Positions 8,371-15,885 of a DNA stretch of 46,226 bases are shown here, one piece after another. Numbering within the stretch: position 1 is the stretch's first letter; each line of letters starts with the position of its first letter. The notes under the pieces were generated by a model. That model made no database searches, was not told the DNA's origin, and saw only the letters and a program-made list of their open reading frames with translations. The DNA lies in NCBI GenBank assembly GCA_964580365.1, contig CAZOLL010000001.1, positions 1 to 46,226 on the forward strand. The letters are read 5' to 3'. This stretch comes from an uncultured Phycisphaeraceae bacterium (GTDB lineage: Bacteria > Planctomycetota > B15-G4 > JADJEK01). Both the position numbers and the translations under genes were made by a program.

Positions 8371-8633
8371 CAGCTCGCCTCCGGCAGCTCGGCCAAGTAG
8401 CTCTCGATTTCCGCGCGCGAGCTGACCATCTTCGAGACGATTGGGTGCGGCTCCGTCCCGCACGGGTAGCGGAACGTCACGCCGAAGATGGCGCGGCCCA
8501 TCCATCGGCCCTCGCTCAGCTCGATGTGCACCGTGCTGCCGCGGAGTGTGCCGCGCCGGTACTCGAAGACGTCGGGAGTCATGAAGTTCGACCCACGAAA
8601 CGCGCCGCTCGTCGGAATTGGTTCGGTCTTCAT
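8370..8633 (-). CDS. Hypothetical protein
   Basis: 87 aa (MKTEPIPTSGAFRGSNF...), ATGA/TGATG-coupled at both ends. Confidence 0.6.
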   Translation of the reverse strand: MKTEPIPTSGAFRGSNFMTPDVFEYRRGTLRGSTVHIELSEGRWMGRAIFGVTFRYPCGTEPHPIVSKMVSSRAEIESYLAELPEAS

Positions 8634-8923
8634 CGGCCGGACCCCTCGATCGGGGCGGGAGAGCCGCCGAACTGCGCGGCGAGCTCCCGGTAGCGGTTCA
8701 TGGTGTATTCGTGCTCCTCCGCGCGCTCGCGCCAGTCCCGCTTGCACTGGTCGCTGATCGCCGGCTGCTCGGCGAGGCCGGCCCAGTACCGCGCCCGCGT
8801 CTCGGCGTGGGTCGCCGCCATGATCAACGCGGTGTAGATCATCGCCCGATCGTCGGTCGCCCGGTCCTCGGCGCTCATCGCCGCCCGCGCCGCGTCCTTC
8901 ATCTCTGCCTGCGTCCTGGTCAT
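8630..8923 (-). CDS. Hypothetical protein, first gene of the leftward operon
   Basis: AGGAG SD before the ATG at 8923 (MTRTQAEMKD...). Confidence 0.65.
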   Translation of the reverse strand: MTRTQAEMKDAARAAMSAEDRATDDRAMIYTALIMAATHAETRARYWAGLAEQPAISDQCKRDWRERAEEHEYTMNRYRELAAQFGGSPAPIEGSGR

Positions 8924-8966
8924 CGTCGTCGCTCCTGTTCCAAGCCCCGGGACCATCCCCGAAGCT

Positions 8967-9004
8967 CATGCGGTACATTGTACCTCTACCTATACTGTGG
9001 TCAA
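8967..9004 (-). promoter_or_regulatory. Sigma70-type promoter with palindromic operator motif (leftward)
   Basis: The minus strand reads TTGACC-N16-TACAAT-GTACCGC-A. The motif TGCGGTACATTGTACC lies at 8969-8984. Confidence 0.6.
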
Positions 9005-9076
9005 ACCCCCATTCCGAAGGACCTGAATCCACTCCGTCCGCGTTCCGTCCCGAGCGCGGTCTCGAACCCCCACCCC

Positions 9077-9666
9077 CGTCCGACCCAAGCCCCTCCCGGT
9101 CTGACCCCGGCTTCGCTCCCGCGCATCCCCGTCCGACCGTAACTCCCTGGTGACGCCCAGACCTGCGGTCCCTCCCTTCGCCCTGGTCCGACCCGACCCC
9201 GGGCCTGCGGGGTTCTCCCTCCCCTCTCAGCTCTGGTCCGACCATGAACTCCGGTCCATACCCATGCCCTGGTCCGTCCTGAATCGAGACGGTCGGACCT
9301 CGGCCCTGGTCCGACCCCGGAGCGTGGGTTTCGACATGGACCCCGGTCGATGGGACCCGGGCCGGACGGATCTCTGGTCCATCCCCTTCGACAGGTCGGA
9401 CCGGAGCTCGGGCTCGGGGCTGGTTCTTGGAATTGGAAAGAGGACCCGAGGAGGGTGGAGGTACCGGAGCGGGGGTGGAAGGCGGGGAGGCAGAGGTTTC
9501 ACGTGGAACATCGGTCGAGAGTCGGGTGCGGGAGGTCGGACGGAGGTGCCGGTCGAGAGGAGAGCTCGAGGTCAGACCGGAGGGCAGGGTCGGGTCCTGC
9601 TTCGAAGAGGGGCGGATGTGGTCGGACGGGGGCGCGGGTGCGGAATCGAGGGCGTCGGGTTCGACC
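9077..9666. repeat. Array of about 14 copies of the 9-bp palindrome GGTC[C/G]GACC and near variants, in a gene-free region
   Basis: Copies at 9077, 9098, 9130, 9185, 9235, 9271, 9291, 9308, 9376, 9394, 9534, 9570, 9620 and 9658. CCCTGGTCCGACCC is repeated exactly at 9181 and 9304. Confidence 0.8.
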
Positions 9667-10296
9667 GGGGCTCGAGGTAGGGTCGAGAAGCGGCGGGCGG
9701 CGGTTGAAGGGGGACAGGTCTTCGACGGGTGGAGAGGCTTGGCGTTGGACGGCCGCTGCGCTCGCTCTCGAGCGGGGCGTCGCTCGCTTCGCGGCCGGGA
9801 TGGGATGATGGGGAGGTTGAGAAGAGTCGAAGGCGTGGCCGGGATCGGCAATTCCCCTAACCCCCCGGACCCCCCTTCCCCCATGACCGAAGCGTCACGA
9901 GGGGCGAGGTGCTGTACCGGCCTCAGCCGGAGCTTGGTCCGGGCGGAGCCGGCCCCCGAAGGGGCCGCTCCCCGGGGCGCATTCCTTTGACCTTCGGGCG
10001 CCCCCGCGAGCTTCTGATTCCGCCACCGACCGCGGTTCAGCCGGGCTCGCGCCGTGTCCGAAGGTTCCCGGTGGAGGTCTTGGATCGCCCTCCGTGAGCC
10101 GGTGCTCTTTCCGACCCCGTTTGCTTTTCAGCGCGCGGGGTGCGAGGCAGGTTGGCCGGCTTCCCGGTCCGCGCTGCCCTTGATGCGTTGGAATGCGCGG
10201 AACAGCCCAGGAGGGGCTTGACGTCGCGCAGGTGTGTGGGTGAAGTGCTCATGTCGGTCTGGACAATCGACACAGTCGCTTCTCGCGTCATGCGAG

Positions 10297-10500
10297 TCAA
10301 GAGCCGCTCCCCGTGGGCGGCTCTTTTCTTTTCACGAGCGCCGCGCGGATCTCGGCGAGCGTCAGCTCGCGGCCGGTGCGGCAGTCGAAGATGTACGTGA
10401 CGTTCGGCGGCACGCGCCCGATCTCCTGCATCACCTCGAACGCGCGCTCGAGCGCCTCGGCGTCCGGCTCCTCGCCGGGTTTCAGGCAGTAGGACTTCAT
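10297..10500 (-). CDS. Hypothetical protein
   Basis: 67 aa (MKSYCLKPGEEPDAEALERAFEVM...), ATGA-coupled. Confidence 0.6.
   Translation of the reverse strand: MKSYCLKPGEEPDAEALERAFEVMQEIGRVPPNVTYIFDCRTGRELTLAEIRAALVKRKEPPTGSGS
10299..10332 (+). terminator. Intrinsic terminator (plus-strand sense)
   Basis: AAGAGCCGC-loop-GCGGCTCTT followed by TTTTCTTTTC. It overlaps the 3' end of the convergent minus-strand gene. Confidence 0.6.
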
Positions 10501-10736
10501 GCGGCCCGCTCGCGGAGATCCGCGTCGAACAGTGCGACGTCCTCGCGCGACGACGTGCCGTGCCGCCACGTGATGTCGAGGCCGGCGAACGACGGATCGT
10601 TCTTGAGGTCGTGGACGAAGCACAACACCGCGATCTCCGTCTCGAAGTAGGCGGTCGGCGGGAACGGTTCGTCGAAGCGCGAGTGCGCCGTGAACTCGAT
10701 GACCCACCAGCGCGGCCACTGCGGCGCGCGCTTCAC
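10497..10736 (-). CDS. Hypothetical protein
   Basis: 79-aa ORF with a GTG start in a GTGA overlap with the upstream stop. Confidence 0.6.
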   Translation of the reverse strand: MKRAPQWPRWWVIEFTAHSRFDEPFPPTAYFETEIAVLCFVHDLKNDPSFAGLDITWRHGTSSREDVALFDADLRERAA

Positions 10737-11263
10737 ATTTCACCGCCGCCGAGCCACCGCTCGAGCGCGGCCGGGGCCGGGGTGTGGAACGTCCGCGGCC
10801 AGATGACCGGACCTTCGTCCGGCATTGTCTCGTCGGCGAGCGCGAGCTCGCCCTCTCGCTTCTCGATGAGCGCACGCGCCTGCCGCTTCGTGAGCTTCTG
10901 GAACCGGCACGTCGCGCGGATGACGTCGTCGGTGTTCCGCGCGCTCATCAGCTTCGAGAGCACCGAGTCCATCGGCTCGAGCACCTCGTCGCCCGGGACG
11001 AAGCACACGTCGATCGCGCCGTCGGCGGTGCGGCCCCATCCGATCGCGTCGCGCTTCCGCGGGTGCGTGTGGTCGGGATTCCTCAAGACCCACCGGCCCC
11101 ACCCGCGCTGTTTGTCCTTGACGATCAACCCAAACCGCTCGAGGTCGGAGCACTGCGCCGCACGCGACGCGAGGCTCTTGTGCTCGACGCGCAGCCGGTG
11201 CACGAACCGACTTGCGGACGCGGCACGAACCCGGTGCGCACGCTTCGTTCGTCGACGCTTCAT
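10733..11263 (-). CDS. Hypothetical protein
   Basis: 176 aa from the ATG at 11263 (MKRRRTKRAHRV...), TGATG-coupled. Confidence 0.6.
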   Translation of the reverse strand: MKRRRTKRAHRVRAASASRFVHRLRVEHKSLASRAAQCSDLERFGLIVKDKQRGWGRWVLRNPDHTHPRKRDAIGWGRTADGAIDVCFVPGDEVLEPMDSVLSKLMSARNTDDVIRATCRFQKLTKRQARALIEKREGELALADETMPDEGPVIWPRTFHTPAPAALERWLGGGEM

Positions 11264-11523
11264 CACCGCCTCCAGTTCAGAGCGTAGAGAGAAGCGCGCT
11301 CGCTCGCGCGCGTGAGCGACACGATGCCGATGCTCGTCTCGAGCTCGCCGCCGGTCCAGATGCGCGTCGGCCGCGTGTACGTGAACACCGCGTCGTCGGG
11401 AATCCGCCGAGTCGTGAGCCACCGCCACGCGCGAAGCCACCACGGCCGCGGCACGGTGAAGAACTCGAGGTGCGTCCCGACGGGGAACTTCGCTTCGTCG
11501 CTCTCGACGACGTTGATTTCCAT
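11263..11523 (-). CDS. Hypothetical protein (apparently leaderless start)
   Basis: The ATG at 11523 (MEINVVESDEAKF...) lies 7 nt downstream of the -10 box TAGCAT with no SD. Confidence 0.6.
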   Translation of the reverse strand: MEINVVESDEAKFPVGTHLEFFTVPRPWWLRAWRWLTTRRIPDDAVFTYTRPTRIWTGGELETSIGIVSLTRASERASLYALNWRR

Positions 11524-11558
11524 GCGGTACATGCTACCGTGCGGCCTTCCCGCGACAA
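11523..11558 (-). promoter_or_regulatory. Sigma70-type promoter with palindromic operator motif (leftward, leaderless)
   Basis: The minus strand reads TTGTCG-N16-TAGCAT-GTACCGC-ATG. The motif TGCGGTACATGCTACCGTGCGG lies at 11523-11544. Confidence 0.6.
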
Positions 11559-11568
11559 GGAGAAACCG

Positions 11569-11871
11569 ATGTCACGACACACGAGGGCGCATCCGACACC
11601 GAGGACGAAGCTCGCGAATGACCGCCGCGCGCGCCGGCGCAGCGAGCACCGCATCGACACGCCGTACACCGTGTCGCAGAACGGGTTCACCGAGAAGAAG
11701 AAGTCGCACCTGACGGGGAAGCACCGCGCGGCGAGCCGGCCGCACCACGGCATCCGCTCGATCCGCGCGCGGCAGCGCGAGGTGAAGCGCCGGTTCGACG
11801 AGCGGTGCAAGGGCATCCCGCGCTTCCTGCGCCGCGACCGCGAGTTCAGCCGCGAGTGCAACCACGCATGA
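11569..11871 (+). CDS. Highly basic small protein
   Basis: AAGGAGAAACCG-ATG. 100 aa rich in R/K/H. Confidence 0.55.
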   Translation: MSRHTRAHPTPRTKLANDRRARRRSEHRIDTPYTVSQNGFTEKKKSHLTGKHRAASRPHHGIRSIRARQREVKRRFDERCKGIPRFLRRDREFSRECNHA

Positions 11872-12086
11872 ACGGCCGCTGCGACTGCTGCGGCGCGCCG
11901 GTCGCGGACTGGGACCGCGAGAACTGCGCGAAGTGCGACGACGAGATCACGCGCGGCAAGCACCACCCGCTCGCGTGCGCCGAGCAGAAGCGCCACCGCG
12001 ACGGGATGCGCCGCGGCAAGGACGTCGTCGACAAGCCGCCGCCCGACCTGCCCGAGAAGTGGCGGGATTTCCTGGCCGGTAAGTGA
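11868..12086 (+). CDS. Small zinc-finger protein
   Basis: ATGA-coupled start (MNGRCDCCGAPVADWDRENCAKCDDE...). Confidence 0.6.
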   Translation: MNGRCDCCGAPVADWDRENCAKCDDEITRGKHHPLACAEQKRHRDGMRRGKDVVDKPPPDLPEKWRDFLAGK

Positions 12087-12096
12087 TACCGTGCGG
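12076..12096. promoter_or_regulatory. Orphan copy of the palindromic operator motif
   Basis: CCGGTAAGTGATACCGTGCGG matches CGGTA-N5-TACCGTGCGG of the 11523 and 14271 sites. It overlaps a stop codon and has no convincing -10 box. Confidence 0.4.
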
Positions 12097-12149
12097 CTCC
12101 CTGAAAGCAGGCGAGAGCAAGAACGCAGACGAACAGCATCCCTGAGTCG

Positions 12150-12203
12150 GTGAAAGCAGAAGGGCCGCGCTCGATGCCATGAGCGCGGCCCTTTCTTCGT
12201 TCA
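12150..12203. terminator. Bidirectional intrinsic terminator between convergent genes
   Basis: Perfect 12-bp stem AGGGCCGCGCTC/GAGCGCGGCCCT (12161-12192) with T-rich runs on both strands. Confidence 0.7.
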
Positions 12204-12416
12204 GACGTCGTCGGTGTCGTCCGACTCCTCGTCACGCCGGAGGTACGGCTCGAGCGGCGTCGTCGCCTCCGAGAACCGGGTCGGGTCCGGCAGGAGCGAC
12301 GGCTCCTCCTGCATCTCCTTGAGGATGTCCTGCAAGTTGATCACCGACAGGCGGATCGCCGCCTTGATCGCCTGCCGCTGCGCCGCCGTTCGGCGGTCCA
12401 CCTTCACGTCCGTCAT
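12201..12416 (-). CDS. Hypothetical protein with an acidic C-terminus
   Basis: GGGAG SD 8 nt before the ATG at 12416 (MTDVKVDRRTAAQRQ...). Confidence 0.6.
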   Translation of the reverse strand: MTDVKVDRRTAAQRQAIKAAIRLSVINLQDILKEMQEEPSLLPDPTRFSEATTPLEPYLRRDEESDDTDDV

Positions 12417-12780
12417 CGACTTCACTCCCGTTGTCGAGCGCGGCTGCGCGAGATGCCCATGATCCCGCGAAGAGGCGCTCGGGTTTGTCGTTGGTCGCGC
12501 TCGCCACGACTTCGGCGATGGCGCGGTGGAACACCTCGCTCGTGCGCAGCGTGAGGAACACCTGCAACGCGATGCCGCGGATGAACGCGAGGTCGGTCAC
12601 CGTCACGAGGTCGGAGAACAGGACCTTCTCCGCGTCGGTCGGCGACGTCGAGAGCTCCGGCGGCTTGATGCGCGAGAGCGCCCCGTCGATCGCGAGCGCG
12701 CGGACCGCGTTGTTGTCCCACTTCGGGTCGAGGAGGAGCGCGCGGTAGACCCCGACGACCTGCTCGTCTTGCGTGGTCAC
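12232..12780 (-). CDS. Hypothetical protein (3' boundary uncertain)
   Basis: GTGA-coupled GTG at 12780 ((M)TTQDEQVVGVYRALLLDPKW...). The frame stays open about 185 nt into the next gene with junk-like composition. Confidence 0.5.
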   Translation of the reverse strand: MTTQDEQVVGVYRALLLDPKWDNNAVRALAIDGALSRIKPPELSTSPTDAEKVLFSDLVTVTDLAFIRGIALQVFLTLRTSEVFHRAIAEVVASATNDKPERLFAGSWASRAAALDNGSEVDDGREGGPPNGGAAAGDQGGDPPVGDQLAGHPQGDAGGAVAPAGPDPVLGGDDAARAVPPA

Positions 12781-13067
12781 TTCGCCTCGTCCTTCGCCTT
12801 CGCCTCGAGCGGCTTCTCGATGTGGATGTCGCCCGTCTTCGGGTCGACCTTGCCGACTGGCGTGGGCGCGGCCTTCTCGCCCGGCGCCTTCGCGCGCACG
12901 AACCGCTCCTTGAACTTCTGCTCGCGCCACGCGCCGATCACGACGCCGTCCTTGTTCATCACGAGGACGTTGCCCGGATCGACGCCCGGCTTCGCCGTGA
13001 ACAGAGCCGGCGTCTCGGACTCGTCGTCGGCCGCTCGGAAAAACGCACCATCGAGTTTCAGTGTCAT
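12777..13067 (-). CDS. Hypothetical protein
   Basis: 96 aa from the ATG at 13067 (MTLKLDGAFFRAADDE...), ATGA-coupled. Confidence 0.6.
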   Translation of the reverse strand: MTLKLDGAFFRAADDESETPALFTAKPGVDPGNVLVMNKDGVVIGAWREQKFKERFVRAKAPGEKAAPTPVGKVDPKTGDIHIEKPLEAKAKDEAK

Positions 13068-13495
13068 GGATCGAACCTCTCGAATTGCCACACGCCGTTG
13101 ATTCGCTGAACGCCAACGAATCGGAACTTCGGGAACATACGCGCCGCGACCTTGATTCGCACGCGCGCAGCCTCGCGCCAGAAGCCCTTCGTCTCGTGGA
13201 ACTCGAGCACTCCGTCCATCGCGACGACGGGGAAGTCGGGCGTGAACCACGAGCCGTGCGCGAGCTCGAGCCGAATCGACTCGTGACTCCCGGCCCACGC
13301 GATCTCGCCGACCGCGACCTGGAGGAAGAGCCGCTCCTGGTACGACCGCTCGAGCCCGTTCATCTCGCGGGGTTTCTGGACCTTCGGCGGAGACGGCGCC
13401 GCGTGATGTCGCTGCACCTCAAGAACACGCCGCGCGCTGGCGCCGGGCGAACGTCGCAGGAGATCCTCGAGCTGCCGCGTGCTCATGTGCGGCAT
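13064..13495 (-). CDS. DUF1064-like PD-(D/E)XK endonuclease (resolvase-like)
   Basis: ERSYQERLFLQVAVGEI...WFTPDFPVV...LEFHETKG matches the S..E..L...G.I...Y.PDF...E.KG pattern by recall. Confidence 0.55.
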   Translation of the reverse strand: MPHMSTRQLEDLLRRSPGASARRVLEVQRHHAAPSPPKVQKPREMNGLERSYQERLFLQVAVGEIAWAGSHESIRLELAHGSWFTPDFPVVAMDGVLEFHETKGFWREAARVRIKVAARMFPKFRFVGVQRINGVWQFERFDP

Positions 13496-13497
13496 CG

Positions 13498-13845
13498 TCA
13501 GCCCTCGACGACCATCGGTTTCGGGAAGCCCTCGCGCGCGGGGAGCACCGCGTTCTCGATGCGCGACCACAGGCGGATCGTGTACCCCTGCTCGCTCGGC
13601 CGCGGCACGTACATCAACACCTCGGCGCCGTCGTTGAAGAAGCCCTGGCGGAACTCGAGGATGTCCTTCAACTCGATCACGACCGGCTGCGTGAGCTGAC
13701 GCGGGTTCACCGGCGGGATCTTGATGTTCAGGTGCCGCCACTCATTGCCGTCCGCGTCGCGGTGCGTGCATCCACTCGCGACGAGAGGGCCGAGCGTCCA
13801 CTGGTCGCCCTTCGGGTAATCCTTGAACCGCGTCAGGTACTTCAA
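13498..13845 (-). CDS. Hypothetical protein (start uncertain; TTG in a TTGA overlap proposed)
   Basis: The frame of ORF 13498..13905. Coding-like composition from KYLTRFKDYPKGDQW onward. Confidence 0.5.
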   Translation of the reverse strand: MKYLTRFKDYPKGDQWTLGPLVASGCTHRDADGNEWRHLNIKIPPVNPRQLTQPVVIELKDILEFRQGFFNDGAEVLMYVPRPSEQGYTIRLWSRIENAVLPAREGFPKPMVVEG

Positions 13846-14102
13846 GGGTCGATCACCTCCAGCTTCACGAAGAAGTCGCCGCGCTGCGGCTCGATGAGTC
13901 GCCACTGCTCCTGCGGAACCTCACCGTCGTTCTCGATGCACATGAACGGCGGGCAGATCGTCGGCGGGAAGTGACCGTGCTGACACGGCTCGCCCGGACC
14001 GATGCTCACGAGGCGGCGCAGGCGGAAGCGCACCACGCGATCGCCGCGCGCACGCGCGATGGCGCGGACGTCAGGCGGGGGAGCCACTGGCGAGCCTCGC
14101 AC
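13842..14102 (-). CDS. Hypothetical protein (start uncertain, GTG at 14102 or 14087)
   Basis: High GC3. The C-terminal part CIENDGEVPQEQWRLIEPQRGDFFVKLEVIDP looks like genuine protein. Confidence 0.5.
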   Translation of the reverse strand: MRGSPVAPPPDVRAIARARGDRVVRFRLRRLVSIGPGEPCQHGHFPPTICPPFMCIENDGEVPQEQWRLIEPQRGDFFVKLEVIDP

Positions 14103-14271
14103 CGCGCTCGTACTTCGCCGACACCTCGCGCGCCTTGTCGCGGATGCACAGCTCGAGCGCGGCGGTCTTGGAAAGGCCGAGCTGCTGCGCGATGATGGCG
14201 AGCAGCTTGGTCCCCTCGATCGACATGGAGTAAGACGTCTTCCGGTACCGACGACCTGGTGTTTTGCCCAT
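14071..14271 (-). CDS. Ribbon-helix-helix (Arc/CopG-like) DNA-binding protein, leaderless
   Basis: MGKTPGRRYRKTSYSMSIEGTKLLAIIAQQLGLSKTAALELCIRD shows a basic arm, beta strand and two helices. The ATG lies 7 nt after the -10 box TATGAT. Confidence 0.6.
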   Translation of the reverse strand: MGKTPGRRYRKTSYSMSIEGTKLLAIIAQQLGLSKTAALELCIRDKAREVSAKYERGARLASGSPA

Positions 14272-14307
14272 GCGGTACATCATACCGTGCCACTGACCGA
14301 CGATCAA
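14271..14307 (-). promoter_or_regulatory. Sigma70-type promoter with palindromic operator motif (leftward, leaderless)
   Basis: The minus strand reads TTGATC-N17-TATGAT-GTACCGC-ATG. The motif TGCGGTACATCATACCGTGCC lies at 14271-14291. Confidence 0.65.
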
Positions 14308-15861
14308 CTGGCTGCCGCTTTTCGCGCGGACCCGGGGCTTCGGAAGAAGTTCGAGGGGATCGTCGCCGCGCGCTCGCGGACGTTCGACGGCGACACGCAC
14401 CCGTTCTACACGTTCGAGCCGCAGCCCTATCAGCTCAAGGTGCTCCGCGGGAAGAAGCCGGTCATCGGCTTCTGCGCCGCGAACCAAGTCGGCAAGTCGA
14501 CGATCGGCGCGTTCTGGATCGCGTCGCGCCTCATGGGCTTCGACCCGACCAACGGGAACAAGGAGTTCCCCGGACCGGGCCGGTACTGGGCGTGCACGAA
14601 GGGCGACCTCATCGACGGGTTGAAGCGGAAGGTGATGGAGTTCCTCCCGCCGCACGAGATCAAGAAGGAGCTGAACGGGTACGGCCGGCAGTACATCGAG
14701 ATGAAGAACGGCCGGTGGGTGAAGTTCAAGTCCTACGACCAGCCGCGCTCCGCCTTCCAGCAAGAGTCGCTGAACGACCTGTGGAACGACGAGGAGCCGC
14801 CGCGGGAAATCTGGACCGAGCAGAAGACGCGCCTCCTGCGCTTCGGCGGTCAGATGCTCCTCTCGTTCACGCCCGTCGAGGGCTCGATCTGGATGCACGA
14901 GGTCTTGTTCGAGGAGGGTGCCGACAAGGTCGTCGACTTCGTGAAAGCGGGGATGCGCGACAACAAGTACCTCAAGACGGAGCACATCGAGGCGTACATC
15001 CGCGACTTCCGCGACGATCCCGACCAACTCGCGATCCGCGTGAACGGCGACTACCGCCTGATGAGCGGCGCCGACATCTTCGATCAGGAGCAGCTCGAGG
15101 CGTACTGGAAGAAGACCGTCGACCCGCAGCGCCTCGTGTACTTCGACGAGGAGGGCGCCGCGCAGACCGTCGACGACGTGAACGTGCGGCCGTACCACCT
15201 CTCGGTGTGGCGACCGCCGGAGACGGGACACCGCTATGCGATCGGCGGCGACGTCGCGGCCGGGCTCGCGAAGGGCGACTGGTCGGTCGCGTACGTGGGC
15301 GACGTCGATCGCAACGAGCTGGTCGCGCGCTTCCGCGGCAAGATCGACAGCTACGACTACGCCGACGAGCTCGCGGCGATGGGGTACTGGTACAACACCG
15401 CGAAGATCGGCGTCGAGACGAACTTCGGCTCCACCGCGGACCGGCTCTTCAAGCTCGACTACCCGAACCTCTTCCGCCGGCTCCGCTTCACCGGCGCGAC
15501 GCGCTCGACGACGAACAACATCGGCTGGCTCACGAACGCTCCGTCGAAGGAGCACATGGTCGGCGACTTCCGCGCCGCGTTCATGGACGGGATGATCGCG
15601 TTCCACGATGCGAAGCTCATCGACGAGATGCGCCGCTTCCGCTGGCTCGCGAAGGACCAGCCCGGCAAGCACGGCTGCGGCGCGATCACGGGGAACGACG
15701 ACTGCGCCATCGCCGCGATGATCACGTTGCAGGTGATGAACTCGGTCGATGAGCCGTCGCAGCGCGTCGGCCTCAGCTATGACGAGCGCCTCGTGACGAA
15801 GATCGAGGAGGCCGCGGAGAAGGGCTACGAGGAAGAAGAAAACGAAGCCCCCTGGGATTGA
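14287..15861 (+). CDS. terL: Terminase large subunit
   Basis: GTG at 14287. Walker A GFCAANQVGKST, Walker B-like LWNDEEPP, and a C-terminal nuclease-like region. The upstream part of ORF 14002.. overlaps the divergent RHH gene. Confidence 0.85.
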   Translation: MPLTDDQLAAAFRADPGLRKKFEGIVAARSRTFDGDTHPFYTFEPQPYQLKVLRGKKPVIGFCAANQVGKSTIGAFWIASRLMGFDPTNGNKEFPGPGRYWACTKGDLIDGLKRKVMEFLPPHEIKKELNGYGRQYIEMKNGRWVKFKSYDQPRSAFQQESLNDLWNDEEPPREIWTEQKTRLLRFGGQMLLSFTPVEGSIWMHEVLFEEGADKVVDFVKAGMRDNKYLKTEHIEAYIRDFRDDPDQLAIRVNGDYRLMSGADIFDQEQLEAYWKKTVDPQRLVYFDEEGAAQTVDDVNVRPYHLSVWRPPETGHRYAIGGDVAAGLAKGDWSVAYVGDVDRNELVARFRGKIDSYDYADELAAMGYWYNTAKIGVETNFGSTADRLFKLDYPNLFRRLRFTGATRSTTNNIGWLTNAPSKEHMVGDFRAAFMDGMIAFHDAKLIDEMRRFRWLAKDQPGKHGCGAITGNDDCAIAAMITLQVMNSVDEPSQRVGLSYDERLVTKIEEAAEKGYEEEENEAPWD

Positions 15862-15885
15862 TACGATCCCGCGCAGGAGAACTCG

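Noticed and set aside
8370-9884. 504-aa minus-strand ORF, and the plus ORFs 9150..9680 and 9427..9990, across the gene-free region
   Set aside because: The translations are low-complexity (P/S/R/G-rich and RGG-like). There is no SD, and their periodic LVRP/GRT-type repeats simply mirror the GGTCSGACC DNA repeats. The third-position bias is weaker than in real genes. They are kept as an alternative hypothesis in the finding for 8985..10296.
14002-14286. N-terminal 95 codons of ORF 14002..15861 as part of the terminase
   Set aside because: They overlap the divergent RHH gene and its promoter, are R/A-rich, and precede the operator. The GTG at 14287 gives a TerL of typical length.
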